Shown here: positions 17,330 through 25,785 of the stretch, piece after piece
How the letters are laid out: each line of letters opens with the position of its first letter
Numbering within the stretch: the first letter of the stretch is position 1
NCBI GenBank assembly: GCA_043819495.1
Contig: JBDRET010000061.1
Span: forward strand, 1-61,824
From: Candidatus Woesearchaeota archaeon
Lineage (GTDB): Archaea; Nanobdellota; Nanobdellia; Woesearchaeales; UBA11576
Length of the DNA stretch: 61,824 bases
Reading direction: 5' to 3'
Translations under genes and position numbers: made by a program
The notes under the pieces: model-generated
What the model was told of the DNA's origin: nothing
Databases searched by the model: none
What the model saw: only the letters and a program-made list of their open reading frames with translations

Positions 17330-17743
17330 TCACCTGTATGACTTCTGTCTCTTGGCTCTAGCCTTAGAGTCATTAGGTTTCCTGGTCTCCTTGAACCTGG
17401 TATCTGCAACAAGGAATGACCTATCATAATCAACAAGAGTACGTCGGACTTTCTCTCCGCCAAACTCAGCAAGAGCTCTGCCCATCGCCTGACGTACAGC
17501 ATCCACCTGAGACATGACACCACCGCCACTGACCTTTATGTCCATACAGACCTTAGAGGCAACATCGCCGGCCAATATCAGAGGCTCCTTGAGTTTCATC
17601 CTGGCCAGCTGCGGCTCATATACATCAAGCATCTTGCCATTTATCCTGACAAGACCTCTACCTGTTGTCAATGTCAGCCTGGCTACTGCTCTCTTCCTTG
17701 AACCTGATGTCTGAATAACTTTTGATTTACTCAACCTTACCAC
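17330..17743 (-). CDS. rps9: 30S ribosomal protein S9 (uS9)
   Basis: SGSRKRAVARLTL...GGGVMSQVDAVRQAMGRAL...KSYR. GTG start overlaps the end of L13. Confidence 0.95.
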   Translation of the reverse strand: MVRLSKSKVIQTSGSRKRAVARLTLTTGRGLVRINGKMLDVYEPQLARMKLKEPLILAGDVASKVCMDIKVSGGGVMSQVDAVRQAMGRALAEFGGEKVRRTLVDYDRSFLVADTRFKETRKPNDSKARAKRQKSYR

Positions 17744-18143
17744 CCAGGAATCTTGATATCTCTTTGATAGATACCGAATTGATCATCAGCTTTGACGCTT
17801 CAGCTTCCTTAATGCGTTCAGCTTTCTTGTCCTTGAACTGCTCAGGGACTCCTACCCAGCACATGATGTTCTCAAATGCTGCTCTGCCTTTAGGCTGCTT
17901 GTATGGAAGCATGTCCCTTATGAACCGCTTCATGAGCCTTTCAGGAGATCTCCTAAAATGAGGACCTTTTGAAGGAATCCCTCTAGATACTTTCTCCTTC
18001 ATCTTAGCAAAGACGACTGGCCTCTTGCCTGATATGACTGCATTCTCTGCATTAATTATGTCAATCTTCTCACCCAGCAGTGCTTTCTTAGCAACCACTG
18101 AAGCAAGCCTTCCAACAATATGGTCTGTCGCATCTATAAGCAT
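17727..18143 (-). CDS. rpl13: 50S ribosomal protein L13 (uL13)
   Basis: MLIDATDHIVGRLASVVAKKALLGEKIDIINAE... Confidence 0.95.
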   Translation of the reverse strand: MLIDATDHIVGRLASVVAKKALLGEKIDIINAENAVISGKRPVVFAKMKEKVSRGIPSKGPHFRRSPERLMKRFIRDMLPYKQPKGRAAFENIMCWVGVPEQFKDKKAERIKEAEASKLMINSVSIKEISRFLGGKVE

Positions 18144-18158
18144 TTTTTTACCTTATGA

Positions 18159-18533
18159 TTATCCGATTATCCTTATCTCTGAAGTCTTTGAACCCTTTTT
18201 CATCAGGTCCTGTATCGTCAACAGGTCGCAGTTCTTCTGCTTGAGCTTCTCAATAGCACCGTCAGAGAAAGCGAAAGCTGCTATAGTTACCTTATGGTCA
18301 ATCACGCCTGATCCAAGGACTTTTCCAGGGACCACGACAAGCTCATTGTCCTTGCTGAACCGGTTTATCCTTGACAGGTTTACAGATCGCCTGTTCCTTG
18401 TAGGTCTCTCTAAGTCTACGGCAAGTCTCTTCCATAACTGGGATGACTCCTCTATTGCCTTCTTCTTCAGCTCCGCAATCAGGTTCCTGAGATGCGGGTT
18501 TGATGGACCTGTTCTTTTTCTCATGTTGATCAT
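18159..18533 (-). CDS. rpl18e: 50S ribosomal protein L18e (eL18)
   Basis: TGPSNPHLRNLIAELKKKA...VVVPGKVLGSG... Confidence 0.9.
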   Translation of the reverse strand: MINMRKRTGPSNPHLRNLIAELKKKAIEESSQLWKRLAVDLERPTRNRRSVNLSRINRFSKDNELVVVPGKVLGSGVIDHKVTIAAFAFSDGAIEKLKQKNCDLLTIQDLMKKGSKTSEIRIIG

Positions 18534-18588
18534 TAATTGATTTTACTCTTTGATTCTTACTTGAATATGGTTTTGATGAAATAATTGA

Positions 18589-18672
18589 TGCGGGGGACGG
18601 GGTTTGAACCCGCGCAGACACTAAGCCATACGGCCCTCAACCGTACCCGTTTGACCACTCCGGCACCCCCGC
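18589..18672 (-). tRNA. tRNA-Leu(GAG), class II, no intron
   Basis: GCGGGGG-TG-CCG-GAGTGGTCAAA-CGG-G-TACGG-TTGAGGG-CCGTA-TGGCTTAGTGTCTGC-GCGGG-TTCAAAC-CCCGT-CCCCCGC-A. It sits between rpoD and rpl18e. Confidence 0.9.
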
Positions 18673-18706
18673 GTGTAAGCGGGAACCAATGTCATCACAA
18701 CAGCAA

Positions 18707-19495
18707 TCACTTGATGAGCTTTGTCAGCTCATCACACTTCTTCTGTATGATGCTCACTGCCTCTGACACTATCTCCTTAGGATCAAGCTGCCCCCAGGAC
18801 TCGACAGTGAACACGAAATCAGTGTCTGACTCGTTGAGCTTAATGTGCTCGGGATCCACATCCGTGCATGAACCGCACAGATGGCATCTCAGCAATGAAT
18901 CCTCAGTGAATGTAAGTTCCTTGTTCTTGACTGAAAAGACATCTACAGGGCAGGAGTCTGCGACTGCTTTTGGGTCCTTGACCCCTTTCTTGATGTCAAT
19001 TACAGGCTTGTACTTGTAAAATGCCAGAGCAGGTGACCATTTAGCGTGCTCCTTACCTTTTCCGAGGACACCAGTAGCCTCAAGCTCAAGGGTCTGACCC
19101 TTTATGAGCTTGACAACAGGTGTCTTAGGATTAGCAGGAATAACCTTCGGATCCTTTGACTTTATCTCTGAAGCATATATGAAACCTGGCCCTTTGGCCT
19201 TGAGCGTGAAATTGAGCTGGCACTTTGAACAACCCTCACCATTACAAGTGCATTCCTCAGGAAGCACATATGATTTCAGGTCTGTAGTCATCGCGACAAG
19301 ACCCAGCCTATGCGCTACCATCTCATCATAAAATACTGAACTGTTCTTACGTATCTCAACATCCTCGATAGCCATAGTAGGAACTTCTTCTATTATGGTC
19401 TTTCTCAGCATGCTAACAAAAGCAGGTGTTGTACCTTTGACTAGGAAAGTCATCCTGTCATGTTTCTTATCCTGGCTTATGAACTCTACATCCAT
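18707..19495 (-). CDS. rpoD: DNA-directed RNA polymerase subunit D (Rpo3) with an Fe-S-like cysteine cluster
   Basis: MTFLVKGTTPAFVSMLRKTIIEEVPTMAIEDVEI...; also CPVDVF...CHLCGSC. Confidence 0.9.
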   Translation of the reverse strand: MDVEFISQDKKHDRMTFLVKGTTPAFVSMLRKTIIEEVPTMAIEDVEIRKNSSVFYDEMVAHRLGLVAMTTDLKSYVLPEECTCNGEGCSKCQLNFTLKAKGPGFIYASEIKSKDPKVIPANPKTPVVKLIKGQTLELEATGVLGKGKEHAKWSPALAFYKYKPVIDIKKGVKDPKAVADSCPVDVFSVKNKELTFTEDSLLRCHLCGSCTDVDPEHIKLNESDTDFVFTVESWGQLDPKEIVSEAVSIIQKKCDELTKLIK

Positions 19496-19498
19496 GGT

Positions 19499-20071
19499 CT
19501 ATACTCTCCTTCCTCTACGACCGCCTTTCTTCCTGCATCCATCGTGAGGTATAGGTGTCACATCCTGTATGACTCCTACCTTGAGTCCCATCCTTGACAA
19601 TGCCCTGACTGCTGCCTGAGCTCCTGGTCCTGGTGAGTTAGGTCCCTGATGTCCGCCAGGTGCCCTGATATTGACATGGATACCTGTTATACCCCTCTCA
19701 ATAGCAAGCTCTGCAGCACGTTTAGCTGCAATCATAGCTGCTACAGGGGATGATTCCATCCTGTCAGCCTTGACGACCTGTCCGCCTGATGTTCTAGCGA
19801 TAGACTCAGTTCCTGTAATGTCAGTTATGTGGATTATAGTATTATTGAAAGATGAAAATATGTGACACAATCCCCACCGGATAGGCGCCCTATTATCTCT
19901 TCGAGGTGCAAAACTCTGCCTTGGTGGCCCTCTTGCATCTGATGTTGGAGCAGAACTTGGAGCAGGACTTGGAGCAGATGTCTTAGACTGCTCTGCTTCT
20001 GGTACTGGATCTGCTTTTACATCAGTCTTCTCGACGTGCTTTTCAACTTTTGCCTTTTCTTCTTCAGCCAT
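19499..20071 (-). CDS. rps11: 30S ribosomal protein S11 (uS11) with a ~60-aa low-complexity N-terminal extension
   Basis: The core is [18 protein letters not shown]...[12 protein letters not shown]...GRRGRRV. The N-terminus is rich in E, K, A, P and S. Confidence 0.9.
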   Translation of the reverse strand: MAEEEKAKVEKHVEKTDVKADPVPEAEQSKTSAPSPAPSSAPTSDARGPPRQSFAPRRDNRAPIRWGLCHIFSSFNNTIIHITDITGTESIARTSGGQVVKADRMESSPVAAMIAAKRAAELAIERGITGIHVNIRAPGGHQGPNSPGPGAQAAVRALSRMGLKVGVIQDVTPIPHDGCRKKGGRRGRRV

Positions 20072-20137
20072 TTTGAGTTACCAAGTGAGTTACCAAATGA
20101 AAATGATCATCTGGTCATTTTTTAATATCTTGTTTGA

Positions 20138-20791
20138 TTATCTTTTCTGATTGCCTTTCGGAGGTGATTGCCTCCTTTGACCTGGCTTATTAGGGCCGCC
20201 TCTCCTGAACTTGTTCTCCTGTTCTGCTTTAGCAGCATCACGTGCATTCTTCTTTGCTGTCCTTTCTTGGCCAGTCAGTGCAGAAGTACGCTCTGGATGC
20301 TCAGAATCAGAAAGCCCTGAGTTCTCCCTAAATGATATCTGACTCTCCTCGCTGACCGAGACCAGATATGCTGGTGATGTAATTACCTTACCATTTATAC
20401 AGATATGACAATGAGTTATGAACTGCCTTGCCTGCTTTACGCTGTTTGCTAGGCTCTTCTTGTATACAAGAGTCTGAAGCCTTCGCCCCATGACATCCCG
20501 CACCGATAATGAAAGAATAGTATCAACCTCTGCTTCTGATGAGAGAAGACCATACTTGCGCAGCCTGTCAAGGAGAAGCTTTTTCTCCTTATCTGCCTGC
20601 GGACCTGAAAGAGTGATCAGTTTCTTTGCCTGAGCAGTAGCGTTCCTAAGGAACTCGCTAACTTTCCATATCTCAGTCTTATTCCGGAAACCATACTCTT
20701 TCATAAACTTCTTCTCCTCTTCAATCCTTTCTCTCCGCCAAGGATGAGCAGGTGTGGCGTACTTTTTCCGGTGTTTTTTTGGATCTCCCAT
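20138..20791 (-). CDS. rps4: 30S ribosomal protein S4 (uS4) with a basic C-terminal tail
   Basis: MGDPKKHRKKYATPAHPWRRERIEEE... Confidence 0.9.
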   Translation of the reverse strand: MGDPKKHRKKYATPAHPWRRERIEEEKKFMKEYGFRNKTEIWKVSEFLRNATAQAKKLITLSGPQADKEKKLLLDRLRKYGLLSSEAEVDTILSLSVRDVMGRRLQTLVYKKSLANSVKQARQFITHCHICINGKVITSPAYLVSVSEESQISFRENSGLSDSEHPERTSALTGQERTAKKNARDAAKAEQENKFRRGGPNKPGQRRQSPPKGNQKR

Positions 20792-20813
20792 TTTAGTCCG
20801 TCGTGATTATCAG

Positions 20814-21371
20814 TTATTTCTTACCAGCAGGCTTTGCTGCAGGCTTACCATCAGGCTTACCATCAGGCTTTGCTGCGGGCTTTGCTCCCGGTGTGCCTTT
20901 ACGCTGTACACCGAGACTCTTCCCTCTCTTATTCCTGAAGTTATTCTTGGTCCTCTGACCCCTGACAGGAAGCTTTGACATATGCCTGACTCCCTTGTAG
21001 GTCCTGACCTTCTTCATGATCTTGATATCGTTATCTGTCTGCCATGTCAGGTCTGCACCCAGAACATGCCTATCAGCACCAGTCTCTGAATCTTTCCTCC
21101 TGTTCATCATCCAGGTAGGAAAACCATACTTAAGAGGAGCAGCCAGAATAGCATCAAGCCTTGCGACTTCGTCCTGACTGAGCTGACCTGTTACATGCTT
21201 CTTATCCATGTTAGCGAGTGTGCATAACGCATTAGCGAAGACGAAATTCACGCCCTTTATCTTAGTAAGCGCATTCAATAGTGCCTTAGAACCATCCAAA
21301 TCAGTGTTCGCAACCCTGACTATGTGCCTGAAATTCTTATTTGCATCCTGATTGTCAGCCATTTTAATCAT
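20814..21371 (-). CDS. rps13: 30S ribosomal protein S13 (uS13) with a (K/A)P-repeat tail
   Basis: FRHIVRVANTDLDGSK... The tail is GAKPAAKPDGKPDGKPAAKPAGKK. An alternative ATG lies at 21362. Confidence 0.9.
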   Translation of the reverse strand: MIKMADNQDANKNFRHIVRVANTDLDGSKALLNALTKIKGVNFVFANALCTLANMDKKHVTGQLSQDEVARLDAILAAPLKYGFPTWMMNRRKDSETGADRHVLGADLTWQTDNDIKIMKKVRTYKGVRHMSKLPVRGQRTKNNFRNKRGKSLGVQRKGTPGAKPAAKPDGKPDGKPAAKPAGKK

Positions 21372-21581
21372 ATACCTGATTTGTGTCTTTTATTGAGTAA
21401 AAAGGTCATAGAACGCGGTATTTAGTCAAAAATATTGACTAAAACCCTATATGCGCTCAAAAAGCCTCTGAACTCGGGTTTCTTAATTGATATTTTCAGA
21501 TTTGGGTTGTATATAAAGCTTTGTATGACCCTAATACCCCATAATATAATAGTAGAATAGTGTAGAATAATAGAATAGAAG

Positions 21582-21730
21582 GGCGGTAGCCGGGACTTCC
21601 ATCAATGGCCGCTGGTCGCGACACATTGTTTTGAACCCGGACTTAAGGATATCTGCAATGTCAGCAAAGATCCTAAATCTGTCCTGCGTTGCCACAGTCC
21701 TTTGTGCTGCCAGGTTACACAACTACCGCC
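21582..21730 (-). tRNA. tRNA-His(GUG) with encoded G-1 and two introns (41 nt at 37/38, 34 nt at 59/60)
   Basis: G-GCGGTAG-TT-GTGT-AACCTGGCA-GCAC-A-AAGGA-CTGTGG[41 nt]A-TCCTT-AAGT-CCGGG-TTCAAA[34 nt]T-CCCGG-CTACCGC-C. Both introns fold as bulge-helix-bulge: CUGU/GCAG and UUCA/UGGA central helices flanked by 3-nt bulges. Confidence 0.85.
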
Positions 21731-21929
21731 ATCTGGCGTTTTTTGGGGGAAGAGAGCTCCTTATAAAGGTTTTGTTAGGCGTTGTCGAAGGGTAATCATC
21801 GAAAGATATCTCGCCGAGAACTAATTTTAAGGTAACTAATAGTTATATATGTGTAACAAAAAATAACTATCTCTTACAGAATAAATTTCCGAAATGTTTC
21901 CGATACCGATAGTTCCGATACCATCCAAC

Positions 21930-22577
21930 CTATAAACTGCCCGGAGGAGCGTACTGTGGCGGTGGGTACTGAGCATATTGCTGCACCTGCTGCTGTTCAG
22001 CCTGCTGCTCTTCAGGAGGCCTGGCTGGCAGTCTCGACGGAGGAAGTCCCCCACCCTTCTGCTTGTGCTCCCAGACGAAATCCTTGATCTTGTATATGAA
22101 ATAAGGTGCGCTGAAGCATACGACATAGACGATGCTCAATACCAACTCACTGTGAATGTTCTCACTTTGGATGAGAGTATTGAACTTATTGGCTACACCT
22201 ACCATGAAATATACAGTAACCACTGCAATAGCCGGAATAAACACGCCTGCCACGACGTGATGAGACTCATCCACCTGTTCAATATCTTTCAGGATGACAT
22301 TGAAAAGAGCGCCAAAGACCCCTCCTACAATCCCTAGTATGATATACAGATGCCCCTCATTAAGGATCATCAAGAAAGGGATCAGCGTAACAGACAGTAT
22401 CAAATTACCTATTATGGCCACGATAAGACCTATCCAATAGATGATCGGGTGAGATGCCTTCGCGAAGTGAGAATGCTTCTCAATCTTCTCCTCAGAATAT
22501 AATATGTCAAGAGTTCCCTCTATCTCTTCTTCAGTCCACCCCTTTTCAAGCAGCCTGTGTCTTAAACTCTTCGGCAT
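21930..22577 (-). CDS. membrane protein with a P/Q-rich C-terminus (hypothetical)
   Basis: 215 aa with 4-5 TM helices. The N-terminal LLEKGWTEEEIEGTL motif also occurs at the C-terminus of ORF 60573... Confidence 0.6.
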   Translation of the reverse strand: MPKSLRHRLLEKGWTEEEIEGTLDILYSEEKIEKHSHFAKASHPIIYWIGLIVAIIGNLILSVTLIPFLMILNEGHLYIILGIVGGVFGALFNVILKDIEQVDESHHVVAGVFIPAIAVVTVYFMVGVANKFNTLIQSENIHSELVLSIVYVVCFSAPYFIYKIKDFVWEHKQKGGGLPPSRLPARPPEEQQAEQQQVQQYAQYPPPQYAPPGSL

Positions 22578-22707
22578 GACCTTGCCTGAGGGAGTTCCAT
22601 TAATAAAGGTTTCTTAGAAGAAAAGTGAAAAAAAGGTGCAAGAAAGGCACGATACTTCACATACAAACAAGCAATACACAATCATACGCAATAATACTCA
22701 ATCCCAC

Positions 22708-23172
22708 TCAATCATCTTCCTGAGGCAGGATCATCTTAGCGACGTGCTCATACAGATCTTTTATGCGCTTAAAATCCTCTGTCACAGTATCTATGTTCAG
22801 CTCGACGACCTCTTCATCGACAACAACCGTCATAGTCACGTGACGCCGGAACTCACACGCCCTTGAGAAATCTGCCTTGCTTATCTTACGCAGCTTCATG
22901 AAGAAATCCGCAAATCTTGGCAGGAACTCGTCATCAGGAAACATCTCCTTGATCAGCTTTGCCTGAGGGATAGGCGCTTTTGGCACCTCTTCTATCTTTC
23001 CCTGTTCCTTAAGATGCTCCAGAAGTGCTGTGAATGTGAAACCTATGCAATTTATGAAACGGTCGACAATATGCTTGAGAACATCACAAGTACGGGTATA
23101 TTTCAAGCTGACGAATATGAGGTGGTCAGCTCTCTTTATCTCTTCCTGTGCATCATCCAGATAATCATTCAT
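22708..23172 (-). CDS. hypothetical helical protein (paralog of 23165..23656)
   Basis: 154 aa. It shares its architecture and an EFxR motif (ACEFRRHV versus PVEFARKD) with the upstream neighbour. Confidence 0.6.
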   Translation of the reverse strand: MNDYLDDAQEEIKRADHLIFVSLKYTRTCDVLKHIVDRFINCIGFTFTALLEHLKEQGKIEEVPKAPIPQAKLIKEMFPDDEFLPRFADFFMKLRKISKADFSRACEFRRHVTMTVVVDEEVVELNIDTVTEDFKRIKDLYEHVAKMILPQEDD

Positions 23173-23656
23173 CTTTTACTCCTTGCTCGCCCGAAATCGT
23201 TTCTTCTGTCTTATCGACAAATAAACGTGCCCTGAATAAATACTTTTTCATATCATCCACTGAGATCACATCACAATTGTAATGCTCATCACATATTACA
23301 AACTTATCCTTCCTTGCGAACTCGACAGGACTTTCCTTATGTTCACGGATGATCTTGTGAAGCTTCACAATAAGCTCGATGTCGTCATCCTTAAATCCCG
23401 ACACCCTTGCGTTCTTACCAAATACCTCAAAAGCAGCATCGATATCATCAGTATCGCCTGATATCAGATCATGTTTGATTCCTTTAAATGTCAAAAATGC
23501 ACGCATCGCACCTATCAGGGCGATGTAAATATCCTGTAAAATCGCAAGTATGAGCTTTGGATCCTCGACGACAGGATATGTCTTGATCAACATCTGCTCA
23601 GCGACCTGCAGATCCTTCCTCGCCTTTGCTAAAATCTCTTGACAAGAGTCCATCAT
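23165..23656 (-). CDS. hypothetical helical protein (paralog of 22708..23172)
   Basis: 163 aa, with an 8-nt overlap with the downstream paralog. Confidence 0.6.
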   Translation of the reverse strand: MMDSCQEILAKARKDLQVAEQMLIKTYPVVEDPKLILAILQDIYIALIGAMRAFLTFKGIKHDLISGDTDDIDAAFEVFGKNARVSGFKDDDIELIVKLHKIIREHKESPVEFARKDKFVICDEHYNCDVISVDDMKKYLFRARLFVDKTEETISGEQGVKDE

Positions 23657-23708
23657 GAAAATCCATCATAAGAGTCCATCATGTATAAGGTAATCATTTC
23701 CAGAAGGT

Positions 23709-24047
23709 CTACTCCTGAAGCGACATTATCGCAGCTGCGAGGTCTCCCTTGCTCTCTTCAATCGCAGCCCTAGCTTTCTCTTCCGAGACATTAGCCTGTT
23801 CCATAACCGTCTTTACATCATCCTCACTTATCTCAGGCTCTGTAGATAGAGGACGTTCGTGGATAACACCCACGATCTGAAGGGTCTCCTGGCCCATCAT
23901 ATTGACCTTAGAGACCTGCGGATTGGTTATCACCAACTCATATTCAGGAGTCTTTATTATGACCTCAGTAGCAGGAATCTCGACCTGCTGAATACCCATG
24001 CGCTTCATCATCTGCGCCATCTTGCGGGGATTCATTCCAGGCATCAT
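23709..24047 (-). CDS. nac: nascent polypeptide-associated complex protein (NAC, with UBA tail)
   Basis: NPRKMAQMMKRMGIQ...VSKVNMMGQETLQIVG...EKARAAIEESKGDLAAAIMSL. Confidence 0.9.
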   Translation of the reverse strand: MMPGMNPRKMAQMMKRMGIQQVEIPATEVIIKTPEYELVITNPQVSKVNMMGQETLQIVGVIHERPLSTEPEISEDDVKTVMEQANVSEEKARAAIEESKGDLAAAIMSLQE

Positions 24048-24050
24048 TTT

Positions 24051-24227
24051 TTAAATACCTAAAAAGCCATATCCCTGCAGGTGCAGGAGTATGACAAGAA
24101 CCATCAAAACAATGCAAAGCACCACGACATGCCCTGGCTTGAGCTCTATATTAGAGCTGTAATCATCAAAATATCTTGTAAGCCCTCCCATACCGGACGG
24201 AAGAGTGACCTTATTCTGCTTTGCCAT
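24051..24227 (-). CDS. secG: preprotein translocase Sec61-beta (archaeal SecG)
   Basis: A 58-aa ORF below the track cutoff: MAKQNKVTLPSGMGGLTRYFDDYSSNIELKPGHVVVLCIVLMVLVILLHLQGYGFLGI. Confidence 0.8.
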   Translation of the reverse strand: MAKQNKVTLPSGMGGLTRYFDDYSSNIELKPGHVVVLCIVLMVLVILLHLQGYGFLGI

Positions 24228-24339
24228 GATGCCGTTTTGGGAGATATAGGATGTTTATAAAGGTTGTGGCAGAGTCCCAAAAGGCAAGGATACGATCCAA
24301 AAAAACACATTTTTAAGGGAGCTATGCTCACTTTCTTCT

Positions 24340-24712
24340 GTAAGACCACAAGTTGACCACCGGATTGCATAGCATCATCGAGGCAGCGCAAACCTTCGGG
24401 TTTGCTGGCCTCATCTTGCTTTGCAAGCTGAGGAAAGTCCGCCCACTTTTGCAGCAACTCGTGGAAGCGAGGCGCGGAGACGCGCGGCAACAGCTCAGAA
24501 ACGATACCACCTCAGGGCAGGATGATAGGTGCGAAGCCTTTCGCGAGAGAGGTGAGTTAACCCCTGGACGTTCCTGAAGGAATGGATTAAACGGCTAGCC
24601 CTTGCTTGTGCAAGTCCGAATGGGCGCTAAGTTGAATGTCAACACAGACTATCGCATCGGGCATGATGCTCGGTGTTTGGGTCTGACAGAAGGCGGCTTA
24701 TTGTGGTCTTAC
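24340..24712 (+). ncRNA. rnpB: RNase P RNA (archaeal type)
   Basis: CR-I GAGGAAAGUCCGCCC (24430-24444) and CR-V ACAGAAGGCGGCUUA (24686-24700). P1 pairs GUAAGACCACAA (24340-24351) with UUGUGGUCUUAC (24701-24712). Confidence 0.9.
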
Positions 24713-24834
24713 AACTTCTTATTTTACAATATAATGATTAACTTAGCAATTTCTGTACCAAAACCGGTGACGTCAATCAGCATGCATAATAATTATTACA
24801 ATGAATCAATAAACAAAGTACGCCTTCGGCGAAA

Positions 24835-24981
24835 CCACAAACTTCGCAGAAGTTTGTGGTCATAAAAATCTAAGATTTTTAGGATCCTCAAAGCAGATAT
24901 GCTTTGGGACGCCAAAACGTTTGCGTTTTGAGCGTGCCAAACTGTAAAGCAGTTTGAGCCTGCCAGAGCAGAACTGCTTTG
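24835..24981. repeat. array of five consecutive CAAA...TTTG hairpins (the four at 24889-24981 have a ~26-nt period)
   Basis: CCACAAACTTC-gca-GAAGTTTGTGG (24835-24859); CAAAGCA-gata-TGCTTTG (24889-24906); CAAAACG-tttg-CGTTTTG (24913-24930); CAAACTG-taaag-CAGTTTG (24938-24956); CAGAGCAG-aa-CTGCTTTG (24964-24981). Confidence 0.75.
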
Positions 24982-25110
24982 AGCACTTGCGAACGAAATG
25001 AGTAAGACGAAGCAGGTTTTGGTGCAGAAATTCAAAAACATTAAGAAGGACACACAATTGCAGATAGAACTCACTTCTCCTTATCAGAACTGATCTATCA
25101 TTCTCAACTA

Positions 25111-25785
25111 TCATTCCAGAGCACACAACATCTTCAGTATCTCAACAGCCTTCTTAGGATCTCCCCGTCCTACAGGGAAGTAGCAGGGAATCACTTTTGA
25201 ACGCGTCGAATCTATAACCAGGTCGTATGTCTTAAGTTTCCCGCTTTTCTTGACACCCGCATAATACTCACTAAGCTTTATCTTCTGTCCAGTCAGGTTC
25301 TCGAAAGGGATGAGGCCGAAAGTGACTATATGTCTTGGCCTGACCAGCTCAATCTCCCTCAGTAATATCGGCAGGAACAGCTTTATCTTCTCAGAGTTCG
25401 GCAAGGTCGCGTCTTCTCCTGTCCACTTCACGATATTTGTTATGTAAAAACTCTTTCTCTTCAGGAAACGCAGGACCTTACCAGTGAAATCAAGCGACCA
25501 ATGCGGATTATTCTCCATATACTCCATCAATCCATCATCAAACAGCCCTGCCCTGTGGAATATCCGCCAGACCTGCTTTGTCCCGATGAAAGGGAACCTC
25601 GGACCTTTCCATCCAGGATCAGAACTTATGTTCCTGGCAGTAGGGTTGATGAACACAAACATGATATCCGGAGAACTGGTCTTGCCATTGCCAATGATCG
25701 GTGCAAGGTTGTTAGAAGAGAAATGCCTCTTGTTAAGGATGTTGACCTGGTTCCAGAGCTGGTCTAGTGTCTTGGCTCCGCTCAC
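25111..25785 (-). CDS. uracil-DNA glycosylase superfamily protein
   Basis: 224 aa. The MFVFINPTARN motif resembles the MUG/UDG motif A (GINPG class). The subfamily is uncertain. Confidence 0.6.
   Translation of the reverse strand: MSGAKTLDQLWNQVNILNKRHFSSNNLAPIIGNGKTSSPDIMFVFINPTARNISSDPGWKGPRFPFIGTKQVWRIFHRAGLFDDGLMEYMENNPHWSLDFTGKVLRFLKRKSFYITNIVKWTGEDATLPNSEKIKLFLPILLREIELVRPRHIVTFGLIPFENLTGQKIKLSEYYAGVKKSGKLKTYDLVIDSTRSKVIPCYFPVGRGDPKKAVEILKMLCALE

Noticed and set aside
21531-22126. ORFs 21531..21722 and 21836..22126.
   Set aside because: The first is explained by the intron-containing tRNA-His. The second overlaps the 3' end of ORF 21930..22577 and an AT-rich spacer and has no motif.
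24146-24865. ORFs 24146..24490, 24328..24510, 24353..24577 and 24602..24865.
   Set aside because: They overlap the RNase P RNA gene, which is identified by its CR-I and CR-V motifs and P1 pairing. They are spurious.
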